A program made the translations under genes and the position numbers. This document shows, piece after piece, positions 33,701 through 45,700 of a stretch of 64,000 nucleotides of DNA (positions within the stretch are counted from its first letter, which is position 1; each line of letters opens with the position of its first letter). This DNA comes from Eledone cirrhosa (taxonomy: Eukaryota). The stretch is taken from the NCBI GenBank assembly GCA_964016885.1, contig OZ024742.1, forward strand, positions 324,570,001-324,634,000. The letters run 5' to 3'. The notes beneath the pieces are model-generated. The model was not told the DNA's origin. It did not search any database and saw only the letters and a list, made by a program, of their open reading frames with translations.

Positions 33701-36700
33701 TGTGATGTTGGTGGTTGTGGTGTTGGTGGTTGTGGTGATGGTGGTTGTGGTGTTGATGGTTGTGGTGATGGTGGTTGTGGTGTTGGTGGTTGTGGTGTTG
33801 GTGGTTGTGGTGTTGGTGGTTGTGGTGTTGGTGGTTGTGATTATGGTGGTTGTGGTGTTGGTGGTTGTGGTGTAGGTGGTTGTGGTGATGGTGGTTGTGG
33901 TGTTGGTGGTTGTGGTGATGGTGGTTGTGGTGTTGGTGGTTGTGGTGTTGGTGGTTGTGGTGTTGGTGGTTGTGGTGTTGGTGGAGGTGGTGTTGGTGGT
34001 TGTGGTGTTGGTGGTTGTGGTGTTGGTGGTTGTGGTGATGGTGGTTGTGATGTTGGTGGTTGTGGTGTTGGTAGTTGTGGTGTTGGTGGTTGTGGTGTTG
34101 GTGGTTGTGGTGTTGGTGGTTGTGGTGATGGTGGTTGTGATGTTGGTGGTTGTGGTGTTGGTAGTTGTGGTGTTGGTGGTTGTGGTGTTGGTGGATGTGG
34201 TGTTGGTGGTTGTGGTGATGGTGGTTGTGATGTTGGTGGCTGTGGTGGTGGTGGGTGTGGTGTTGGTGGTTGTAGTGTTGGTGGTTGTGGTGTTGGTGGA
34301 AGTGGTGTTGGTGGGTGTGGTGTTGATGGGTGTGGTGTTGTGGTTGAGGTTGTGGTTGTTGTGGTTTCGGTGGAAGTGGTGTTGGTGGTTGTGGTGTTGG
34401 TGGTTGTGGTGTTGGTGGTTGTGGTGTTGGTGGTTGTGGTGTTGGTGGTTGTGGTGTTGGTGGTTGTGGTGTTGGTGAAGGTGGTGTTGTTGGTTGTGGT
34501 GTTGGTGGTTGTGGTGTTGGTGGTTGTGGTGTTGGTGGTTGTGGTGTTGGTGGTTGTGGTGTTGGTGGTTGTGGTGTTGGTCGTTGTGGTGTTGGTGGTT
34601 GTGGTGTTGGTGTTTGTGGTGTTGGTGGTTGTGGTGATGGTGGTTGTGATGTTGGTGGTTGTGGTGTTGGTAGTTGTGGTGTTGGTGGTTGTGGTGTTGG
34701 TCGTTGTGGTGTTGGTGGTTGTGATGTTGGTGGTTGTGGTGTTGGTGGTTGTGGTGTTGTTGGTTGTGGTGATGGTGGTTGTGATGTTGGTGGTTGAGGT
34801 GGTGGTGGTTGTGGTGTTGGTGGTTGTGGCGTTGGTGGTTATGGTGTTGGTGGTTGTGGTGTTGGTGGTTGTGGTGTTGGTCGTTGTGGTGTTGGTGGTT
34901 GTCGTGTTGGTGGTTTTGGTGTTGGTGGTTGTGGTGTTGATGGTTCTGGTGTTGGTGTTTGTGGTGTTGGTGGTTGTGGTGTTGGTGGTTGTGTTGTTGG
35001 TGGAAGTGGTGTTGGTGGTTGTGGTGTTGGTGGTTGTGGTGTTGGTGGTTGTGGTGTTGGTGGTTTTGGTGTTGGTGGTTGTGGTGTTTGTGGTTGTGGT
35101 GATGGTGGTTGTGGTGTTGGTGGTTGTGGTGTTGGTGGTTGTGGTGTTGGTGGTTGTTGTGTTGGTGGTTGTGGTGTTGGTGGTTGTGGTGTTGGTGGTT
35201 GTGGTGATGGGGGGTGTGGTGTTGGTGGTTGTGGTGCTGGTGGTTGTGGTGCTGGTGGTTGTGGTGATGTTGTTTGTGGTGTTGGTGGTTGTGGTGATGG
35301 TGGTTGTGGTATTGGTGGTTGTGGTGTTGGTGGAAGTGGTGTTGGTGGTTGTGGAGGATGGTGGTTGTGGTGTAGGTGGTTGTGGTGTTGGTGGTTGTGG
35401 TTTTGGTGGTTGTGGTGTTGGTGTTTGTGGTGTTGGTGGTTGTGGTTTTGGTGGTTGTGGTGTTGGTGGTTGTGGTGTTGGTGGTTGTGGTGTTGGTGGT
35501 TGTGGTGTTGGTGATTGTGGTGTTGGTGGTTGTGGTGTAGGTGGTTGTGGTGATGGTGGTTGTGGTGTTGGTGGTTGTGGTGTTGGTGGTTGTGGTGTTG
35601 GTGGTTGTGGTGTTGGTGGTTGTGGTGTTGGTGGTTGTGGTGTTGGTGGTTGTGGTGATGGGGGGTGTGGTGTTGGTGGTTGTGGTGCTGGTGGTTGTGG
35701 TGCTGGTGGTTGTGGTGATGTTGTTTGTGGTGTTGGTGGTTGTGGTGATGGTGGTTGTGGTATTGGTGGTTGTGGTGTTGGTGGAAGTGGTGTTGGTGGT
35801 TGTGGAGGATGGTGGTTGTGGTGTAGGTGGTTGTGGTGTTGGTGGTTGTGGTTTTGGTGGTTGTGGTGTTGGTGTTTGTGGTGTTGGTGGTTGTGGTTTT
35901 GGTGGTTGTGGTGTTGGTGGTTGTGGTGTTGGTGGTTGTGGTTTTGGTGGTTGTGGTGTTGGTGATTGTGGTGTTGGTGGTTGTGGTGTAGGTGGTTGTG
36001 GTGATGGTGGTTGTGGTGTTGGTGGTTGTGGTGTTGGTGGTTGTGGTGTTGGTGAAGGTGGTGTTGTTGGTTGTGGTGTTGGTGGTTGTGGTGTTGGTGG
36101 TTGTGGTGTTGGTGGTTGTGGTGTTGGTGGTTGTGGTGTTGGTGGTTGTGGTGTTGGTCGTTGTGGTGTTGGTGGTTGTGGTGTTGGTGGTTGTGGTGTT
36201 GGTGGTTGTGGTGATGGTGGTTGTGATGTTGGTGGTTGTGGTGTTGGTAGTTGTGGTGTTGGTGGTTGTGGTGTTGGTCGTTGTGGTGTTGGTGGTTGTG
36301 ATGTTGGTGGTTGTGGTGTTGGTGGTTGTGGTGTTGTTGGTTGTGGTGATGGTGGTTGTGATGTTGGTGGTTGAGGTGGTGGTGGTTGTGGTGTTGGTGG
36401 TTGTGGCGTTGGTGGTTATGGTGTTGGTGGTTGTGGTGTTGGTGGTTGTGGTGTTGGTCGTTGTGGTGTTGGTGGTTGTCGTGTTGGTGGTTTTGGTGTT
36501 GGTGGTTGTGGTGTTGATGGTTCTGGTGTTGGTGTTTGTGGTGTTGGTGGTTGTGGTGTTGGTGGTTGTGTTGTTGGTGGAAGTGGTGTTCGTGGTTGTG
36601 GTGTTGGTGGTTGTGGTGTTGGTGGTTGTGGTGTTGGTGGTTTTGGTGTTGGTGGTTGTGGTGTTTGTGGTTGTGGTGATGGTGGTTGTGGTGTTGGTGG

Positions 36701-39700
36701 TTGTGGTGTTGGTGGTTGTGGTGCTGGTGGTTGTGGTGCTGGTGGTTGTGGTGATGTTGTTTGTGGTGTTGGTGGTTGTGGTGATGGTGGTTGTGGTATT
36801 GGTGGTTGTGGTGTTGGTGGAAGTGGTGTTGGTGGTTGTAGAGGATGGTGGTTGTGGTGTAGGTGGTTGTGGTGTTGGTGGTTGTGGTTTTGGTGGTTGT
36901 GGTGTTGGTGTTTGTGGTGTTGGTGGTTGTGGTTTTGGTGGTTGTGGTGTTGGTGGTTGTGGTGTTGGTGGTTGTGGTGTTGGTGGTTGTGGTGTTGGTG
37001 ATTGTGGTGTTGGTGGTTGTGGTGTAGGTGGTTGTGGTGATGGTGGTTGTGGTGTTGGTGGTTGTGGTGTTGGTGGTTGTGGTGTTGGTAGTTGTGGTGT
37101 TGGTCATTGTGGTGTTGGTGGTTGTGGTGTTGGTGGTTGTGGTGATGGTGGTTGTGGTGTTGATGGTTGTGGTGTTGGTGGTTGTGGTGATGGTGGTTGT
37201 GGTGTTGGTGGTTGTGGTGTTGGTGGTTGTCGTGATGGTGGTTCTGGTGTTGGTGGTTGTGGTGTTGGTGGTTGTGGTGATGGTGGTTGAGGTGTTGGAG
37301 GTTGTGGTGTTGGTGGTTGTGGTGTTGGTGGTTGTCGTGTTGGTGGTTGTGGTGATGGTGGTTGTGGTGTTGGTGGTTGTGGTGTTGGTGGTTGTGGTGT
37401 TGGTGGTTATGGTGTTGGTGGTTGTGGTGTTGGTGGTTGTGGTGTTGGTGGTTGTGGTGTTGGTGGTTGTGGTGTTGGTGGTTGTGGTGTTGTTGGGTGT
37501 GGTGTTGGTGGTTGTGGTGTTGGTGGTTGTGGTGATGGTGTTTGTGATGTTGGTTGTGGTGATGGTGGTTGTGGTGTTGGTGGGGGTGGTGTTGATGGTT
37601 CTGGTGTTGGTGGTTGTGGTGTTGGTGGTTGTGGTGTTGGTGGTCGTGTTGTTGGTGGAAGTGGTGTTGGTGGTTGTGGTGTTGGTGGTTGTGGTGTTGG
37701 TGGTTGTGGTGTTGGTGGTTTTGGTGTTGGTGGTTGTGGTGTTTGTGGTTGTGGTGATGGTGGTTGTGGTGTTGGTGGTTGTGGTGTTGGTGGTTGTGGT
37801 GCTGGTGGTTGTGGTGTTGGTGGTTGTGGTGTTGGTGGTTGTGGTGTTGGTGGTTGTGGTGTTGGTGGGTGTGGTGTTGGTGGTTGTGGTGCTGGTGGTT
37901 GTGGTGCTGGTGGTTGTGGTGATGTTGTTTGTGGTGTTGGTGGTTGTGGTGATGGTGGTTGTGGTATTAGTGGTTGTGGTGTTGGTGGAAGTGGTGTTGG
38001 TGGTTGTGGAGGATGGTGGTTGTGGTGTAGGTGGTTGTGGTGTTGGTGGTTGTGGTTTTGGTGGTTGTGGTGTTGGTGTTTGTGGTGTTGGTGGTTGTGG
38101 TGTTGGTGGTTGTGGTGTTGGTGGTTGTGGTGATGGTGGTTGTGGTGTTGGTGGTTGTGGTGTTGGTGGTTGTGGTGTTGGTGGAAGTGGTGTTGCAGGT
38201 TGTGGAGATGGTGGTAGTCGGGATGGTGGTTGTGGTGAGGGAGTTGGGGTTACGGTGGCAGTGGCGTTGGTGGAAGTGGTGTTGGTGGTTGTGATGTTGG
38301 TGGTTGTGATGTTGGTGGTTGTGGTGTTGGTGGTTGTGGTGATGGTGGTTGTGGTGTTGATGGTTGTGGTGATGGTGGTTGTGGTGTTGGTGGTTGTGGT
38401 GTTGGTGGTTGTGGTGTTGGTGGTTGTGGTGTTGGTGGTTGTGGTTATGGTGGTTGTGGTGTTGGTGGTTGTGGTGTAGGTGGTTGTGGTGATGGTGGTT
38501 GTGGTGTTGGTGGTTGTGGTGTTGGTGGTTGTGGTGTTGGTGGTTGTGGTGTTGGTAGTTGTGGTGTTGGTGGTTGTGGTGATGGTGGTTGTGGTGTTGT
38601 TGGAAGTGTCGTTGTTGGTTGTGGTGTTGGTGTTTGTGGTGTTGGTGGTTGTGGTGATGGTGGTTGTGGTGTTGGTGGTTGTGGTGTTGGTGGTTGTGGT
38701 GTTGGTGGTTGTGGTGTTGGTGGAGGTGGTGTTGGTGGTTGTGGTGTTGGTGGTTGTGGTGTTGGTGGTTGTGGTGTTGGTGGTTGTGGTGTTGGTGGTT
38801 GTGGTGTTGGTTGTTGTGGTGTTGGTGGTTGTGGTGTTGGTGGTTGTGGTGATGGTGGTTGTGATGTTGGTGGTTGTGGTGTTGGTAGTTGTGGTGTTGG
38901 TGGTTGTGGTCTTGGTGGTTGTGGTGTTGGTGGTTGTGGTGATGGTGGTTGTGATGTTGGTGGTTGTGGTGTTGGTAGTTGTGGTGTTGGTGGTTGTGGT
39001 GTTGGTGGTTGTGGTGTTGGTGGTTGTGGTGATGGTGGTTGTGATGTTGGTTGCTGTGGTGGTGGTGGGTGTGGTGTTGGTGGTTGTAGTGTTGGTGGTT
39101 GTGGTGTTGGTGGAAGTGGTGTTGGTGGGTGTGGTGTTGATGGGTGTGGTGTTGTGGTTGAGGTTGTGGTTGTTGTGGTTTCGGTGGAAGTGGTGTTGGT
39201 GGTTGTGGTGTTGGTGGTTGTGGTGTTGGTGGTTGTGGTGTTGGTGGTTGTGGTGTTGGTGGTTGTGGTGTTGGTGGTTGTGGTGTTGGTGGAGGTGGTG
39301 TTGTTGGTTGTGGTGTTGGTGGTTGTGGTGTTGGTGGTTGTGGTGTTGGTGGTTGTGGTGTTGGTGGTTGTGGTGTTGGTGGTTGTGGTGTTGGTCGTTG
39401 TGGTGTGGGTGGTTGTGGTGTTGGTGGTTGTGGTGTTGGTGGTTGTGGTGATGGTGGTTGTGATGTTGGTGGTTGTGGTGTTGGTAGTTGTGGTGTTGGT
39501 GGTTGTGGTGTTGGTCGTTGTGGTGTTGGTGGTTGTGATGTTGGTGGTTGTGGTGTTGGTGGTTGTGGTGTTGTTGGTTGTGGTGATGGTGGTTTGGATA
39601 TTGGTGGTTGAGGTGGTGGTGGTTGTGGTGTTGGTGGTTGTGGCGTTGGTGGTTGTGGTGTTGGTGGTTGTGGTGTTGGTGGTTGTGGTGTTGGTCGTTG

Positions 39701-42700
39701 TGGTGTTGGTGGTTGTCGTGTTGGTGGTTGTGGTGTTGGTGGTTGTGGTGATGGTGGTGTGGTGTTGGTGGTTGTGGTGTTGGTGGTTGTGGTGTTGGTG
39801 GTTGTGGTGTTGGTTGTTGTGGTGTTGGTGGTTGTGGTGTTGGTGGTTGTGGTGATGGTGGTTGTGATGTTGGTGGTTGTGGTGTTGGTAGTTGTGGTGT
39901 TGGTGGTTGTGGTGTTGGTGGTTGTGGTGTTGGTGGTTGTGGTGATGGTGTTTGTGATGTTGGTGGTTGTGGTGTTGGTAGTTGTGGTGTTGGTGGTTGT
40001 GGTGTTGGTGGTTGTGGTGTTGGTGGTTGTGGTGATGGTGGTTGTGATGTTGGTGGCTGTGGTGGTGGTGGGTGTGGTGTTGGTGGTTGTAGTGTTGGTG
40101 GTTGTGGTGTTGGTGGAAGTGGTGTTGGTGGGTGTGGTGTTGATGGGTGTGGTGTTGTGGTTGAGGTTGTGGTTGTTGTGGTTTCGGTGGAAGTGGTGTT
40201 GGTGGTTGTGGTGTTGGTGTTTGTGGTGTTGGTGGTTGTGGTGTTGGTGGTTGTGGTGTTGGTGGTTGTGGTGTTGGTGGTTGTGGTGTTGGTGGTTGTG
40301 GTGTTGGTGGAGGTGGTGTTGTTGGTTGTGGTGTTGGTGGTTGTGGTGTTGGTGGTTGTGGTGTTGGTGGTTGTGGTGTTGGTGGTTGTGGTGTTGGTGT
40401 TTGTGGTGTTGGTGGTTGTGGTGTTGGTGGTTGTGGTGTTGGTGGTTGTGGTGTTGGTGGTTGTGGTGATGGTGGTTGTGATGTTGGTGGTTGTGGTGTT
40501 GGTAGTTGTGGTGTTGGTGGTTGTGGTGTTGGTCGTTGTGGTGTTGGTGGTTGTGATGTTGGTGGTTGTGGTGTTGGTGGTTGTGGTGTTGTTGGTTGTG
40601 GTGATGGTGGTTGTGATGTTGGTGGTTGAGGTGGTGGTGGTTGTGGTGTTGGTGGTTGTGGCGTTGGTGGTTTTGGTGTTGGTGGTTGTGGCGTTGGTGG
40701 TTGTGGTGTTGGTGGTTGTGGTGATGGTGGTGTGGTGTTGGTGGTTGTGGTGTTGGTGGAAGTCTTGTTGTTGGTTGTGGTGTTGGTGGTTGTGGTGTTG
40801 GTGGTTGCGGTGTTGGTGGTTGTGGTGTTGGTGGTTGTGGTGTTGGTGGTTGTGGTGTTGGTGGAAGTGGTGTTGGTGGTTGTGGTGTTGGTGGTTGTGG
40901 TGTTGGTGGTTGTGGTGTTGGTGGTTGTGGTGTTGGTGGTTGTGGTGTTGGTGGTTGTGGTGTTGGTGGTTGTGGTGTTGGTGGTTGTGGTGTTGATGGT
41001 TGTGCTGTTGGTGGTTGTGGTGATGGTGGTTGTGATGTTGTTGGTTGTGGTGTTGTTGGTTGTGGTGTTGGTGGTTGTGGTGTTGGTGGTTGTGGTGTTG
41101 GTGGTTGTGGTTGTGGTGTTGGTGGTTGTGGTGTTGGTGGTTGTGGTGTTGGTGGTTGTGGTGTTGGTGGGTGTGGTGTTGGTGGTTTTGGTGCTGGTGG
41201 TTGTGGTGCTGGTGGTTGTGGTGATGTTGTTTGTGGTGTTGGTGGTTGTGGTGATGGTGGTTGTGGTATTGGTGGTTGTGGTGTTGGTGGAAGTGGTGTT
41301 GGTGGTTGTGGAGGATGGTGGTTGTGGTGTAGGTGGTTTTGGTGTTGGTGGTTGTGGTTTTGGTGGTTGTGGTGTTAGTGTTTGTGGTGTTGGTGGTTGT
41401 GGTGTTGGTGGTTGTGGTGTTGGTGGTTGTGGTGATGGTGGTTGTGGTGTTGGTGGTTGTGGTGTTGGTGGTTGTGGTGTTGGTGGAAGTGGTGTTGCAG
41501 GTTGTGGAGATGGTGGTAGTCGGGATGGTGGTTGTGGTGAGGGAGTTGGGGTTACGGTGGCAGTGGCGTTGGTGGAAGTGGTGTTGGTGGTTGTGATGTT
41601 GGTGGTTGTGATGTTGGTGGTTGTGGTGTTGGTGGTTGTGGTGATGGTGGTTGTGGTGTTGATGGTTGTGGTGATGGTGGTTGTGGTGTTGGTGGTTGTG
41701 GTGTTGGTGGTTGTGGTGTTGGTGGTTGTGGTGTTGGTGGTTGTGGTTATGGTGGTTGTGGTGTTGGTGGTTGTGGTGTAGGTGGTTGTGGTGATGGTGG
41801 TTGTGGTGTTGGTGGTTGTGGTGATGGTGGTTGTGGTGTTGGTGGTTGTGGTGTTGGTGGTTGTGGTGTTGGTGGTTGTGGTGTTGGTGGTTGTGGTGAT
41901 GGTGGTGTGGTGTTGGTGGTTGTGGTGTTGGTGGAAGTCTTGTTGTTGGTTGTGGTGTTGGTGGTTGTGGTGTTGGTGGTTGCGGTGTTGGTGGTTGTGG
42001 TGTTGGTGGTTGTGGTGTTGGTGGTTGTGGTGTTGGTGGAAGTGGTGTTGGTGGTTGTGGTGTTGGTGGTTGTGGTGTTGGTGGTTGTGGTGTTGGTGGT
42101 TGTGGTGTTGGTGGTTGTGGTGTTGGTGGTTGTGGTGATGGTGGTTGTGGTGTTGGTGGTTGTGGTGTTAGTGGAAGTGATGTTGTTGGTTGTGGTGTTG
42201 GTGGTTGTGGTGTTGGTGGTTGTGGTGTTGGTGGTTGTGGTGTTGGTGGTTGTGGTTATGGTGGTTGTGGTGTTGGTGGTTGTGGTGTAGGTGGTTGTGG
42301 TGATGGTGGTTGTGGTGTTGGTGGTTGTGGTGTTGGTGGTTGTGGTGTTGGTGGTTGTGGTGTTGGTAGTTGTGGTGTTGGTGGTTGTGGTGATGTTGGT
42401 TGTGGTGTTGTTGGAAGTGTCGTTGTTGGTTGTGGTGTTGGTGTTTGTGGTGTTGGTGGTTGTGGTGATGGTGGTTGTGGTGTTGGTGGTTGTGGTGTTG
42501 GTGGTTGTGGTGTTGGTGGTTGTGGTGTTGGTGGAGGTGGTGTTGGTGGTTGTGGTGTTGGTGGTTGTGGTGTTGGTGGTTGTGGTGTTGGTGGTTGTGG
42601 TGTTGGTGGTTGTGGTGTTGGTTGTTGTGGTGTTGGTGGTTGTGGTGTTGGTGGTTGTGGTGATGGTGGTTGTGATGTTGGTGGTTGTGGTGTTGGTAGT

Positions 42701-45700
42701 TGTGGTGTTGGTGGTTGTGGTGTTGGTGGTTGTGGTGTTGGTGGTTGTGGTGATGGTGGTTGTGATGTTGGTGGTTGTGGTGTTGGTAGTTGTGGTGTTG
42801 GTGGTTGTGGTGTTGGTGGTTGTGGTGTTGGTGGTTGTGGTGATGGTGGTTGTGATGTTGGTTGCTGTGGTGGTGGTGGGTGTGGTGTTGGTGGTTGTAG
42901 TGTTGGTGGTTGTGGTGTTGGTGGAAGTGGTGTTGGTGGGTGTGGTGTTGATGGGTGTGGTGTTGTGGTTGAGGTTGTGGTTGTTGTGGTTTCGGTGGAA
43001 GTGGTGTTGGTGGTTGTGGTGTTGGTGGTTGTGGTGTTGGTGGTTGTGGTGTTGGTGGTTGTGGTGTTGGTGGTTGTGGTGTTGGTGGTTGTGGTGTTGG
43101 TGGAGGTGGTGTTGTTGGTTGTGGTGTTGGTGGTTGTGGTGTTGGTGGTTGTGGTGTTGGTGGTTGTGGTGTTGGTGGTTGTGGTGTTGGTGGTTGTGGT
43201 GTTGGTCGTTGTGGTGTGGGTGGTTGTGGTGTTGGTGGTTGTGGTGTTGGTGGTTGTGGTGATGGTGGTTGTGATGTTGGTGGTTGTGGTGTTGGTAGTT
43301 GTGGTGTTGGTGGTTGTGGTGTTGGTCGTTGTGGTGTTGGTGGTTGTGATGTTGGTGGTTGTGGTGTTGGTGGTTGTGGTGTTGTTGGTTGTGGTGATGG
43401 TGGTTTGGATGTTGGTGGTTGAGGTGGTGGTGGTTGTGGTGTTGGTGGTTGTGGCGTTGGTGGTTGTGGTGTTGGTGGTTGTGGTGTTGGTGGTTGTGGT
43501 GTTGGTCGTTGTGGTGTTGGTGGTTGTCGTGTTGGTGGTTGTGGTGTTGGTGGTTGTGGTGATGGTGGTGTGGTGTTGGTGGTTGTGGTGTTGGTGGTTG
43601 TGGTGTTGGTGGTTGTGGTGTTGGTTGTTGTGGTGTTGGTGGTTGTGGTGTTGGTGGTTGTGGTGATGGTGGTTGTGATGTTGGTGGTTGTGGTGTTGGT
43701 AGTTGTGGTGTTGGTGGTTGTGGTGTTGGTGGTTGTGGTGTTGGTGGTTGTGGTGATGGTGTTTGTGATGTTGGTGGTTGTGGTGTTGGTAGTTGTGGTG
43801 TTGGTGGTTGTGGTGTTGGTGGTTGTGGTGTTGGTGGTTGTGGTGATGGTGGTTGTGATGTTGGTGGCTGTGGTGGTGGTGGGTGTGGTGTTGGTGGTTG
43901 TAGTGTTGGTGGTTGTGGTGTTGGTGGAAGTGGTGTTGGTGGGTGTGGTGTTGATGGGTGTGGTGTTGTGGTTGAGGTTGTGGTTGTTGTGGTTTCGGTG
44001 GAAGTGGTGTTGGTGGTTGTGGTGTTGGTGGTTGTGGTGTTGGTGGTTGTGGTGTTGGTGGTTGTGGTGTTGGTGGTTGTGGTGTTGGTGGTTGTGGTGT
44101 TGGTGGTTGTGGTGTTGGTGGAGGTGGTGTTGTTGGTTGTGGTGTTGGTGGTTGTGGTGTTGGTGGTTGTGGTGTTGGTGGTTGTGGTGTTGGTGGTTGT
44201 GGTGTTGGTGTTTGTGGTGTTGGTGGTTGTGGTGTTGGTGGTTGTGGTGTTGGTGGTTGTGGTGTTGGTGGTTGTGGTGATGGTGGTTGTGATGTTGGTG
44301 GTTGTGGTGTTGGTAGTTGTGGTGTTGGTGGTTGTGGTGTTGGTCGTTGTGGTGTTGGTGGTTGTGATGTTGGTGGTTGTGGTGTTGGTGGTTGTGGTGT
44401 TGTTGGTTGTGGTGATGGTGGTTGTGATGTTGGTGGTTGAGGTGGTGGTGGTTGTGGTGTTGGTGGTTGTGGCGTTGGTGGTTTTGGTGTTGGTGGTTGT
44501 GGCGTTGGTGGTTGTGGTGTTGGTGGTTGTGGTGATGGTGGTGTGGTGTTGGTGGTTGTGGTGTTGGTGGAAGTCTTGTTGTTGGTTGTGGTGTTGGTGG
44601 TTGTGGTGTTGGTGGTTGCGGTGTTGGTGGTTGTGGTGTTGGTGGTTGTGGTGTTGGTGGTTGTGGTGTTGGTGGAAGTGGTGTTGGTGGTTGTGGTGTT
44701 GGTGGTTGTGGTGTTGGTGGTTGTGGTGTTGGTGGTTGTGGTGTTGGTGGTTGTGGTGATGGTGGTTGTGGTGTTGGTGGTTGTGGTGTTAGTGGAAGTG
44801 ATGTTGTTGGTTGTGGTGTTGGTGGTTGTGGTGTTGGTGGTTGTGGTGTTGGTGGTTGTGGTGTTGGTGGTTGTGGTGTTGATGGTTGTGCTGTTGGTGG
44901 TTGTGGTGATGGTGGTTGTGATGTTGTTGGTTGTGGTGTTGTTGGTTGTGGTGTTGGTGGTTGTGGTGTTGGTGGTTGTGGTGATGGTGGTTGTGATGTT
45001 GGTGGTTGTGGTGTTGGTGGTTGTGGTGTTGGTGGTTGTGGTGATGGTGGTTGTGATGTTGGTTGCTGTGGTGGTGGTGGGTGTGGTGTTGGTGGTTGTA
45101 GTGTTGGTGGTTGTGGTGTTGGTGGAAGTGGTGTTGGTGGGTGTGGTGTTGATGGGTGTGGTGTTGTGGTTGAGGTTGTGGTTGTTGTGGTTTCGGTGGA
45201 AGTGGTGTTGGTGGTTGTGGTGTTGGTGGTTGTGGTGTTGGTGGTTGTGGTGTTGGTGGTTGTGGTGTTGGTGGTTGTGGTGTTGGTGGTTGTGGTGTTG
45301 GTGGAGGTGGTGTTGTTGGTTGTGGTGTTGGTGGTTGTGGTGTTGGTGGTTGTGGTGTTGGTGGTTGTGGTGTTGGTGGTTGTGGTGTTGGTGGTTGTGG
45401 TGTTGGTCGTTGTGGTGTGGGTGGTTGTGGTGTTGGTGGTTGTGGTGTTGGTGGTTGTGGTGATGGTGGTTGTGATGTTGGTGGTTGTGGTGTTGGTAGT
45501 TGTGGTGTTGGTGGTTGTGGTGTTGGTCGTTGTGGTGTTGGTGGTTGTGATGTTGGTGGTTGTGGTGTTGGTGGTTGTGGTGTTGTTGGTTGTGGTGATG
45601 GTGGTTTGGATGTTGGTGGTTGAGGTGGTGGTGGTTGTGGTGTTGGTGGTTGTGGCGTTGGTGGTTGTGGTGTTGGTGGTTGTGGTGTTGGTGGTTGTGG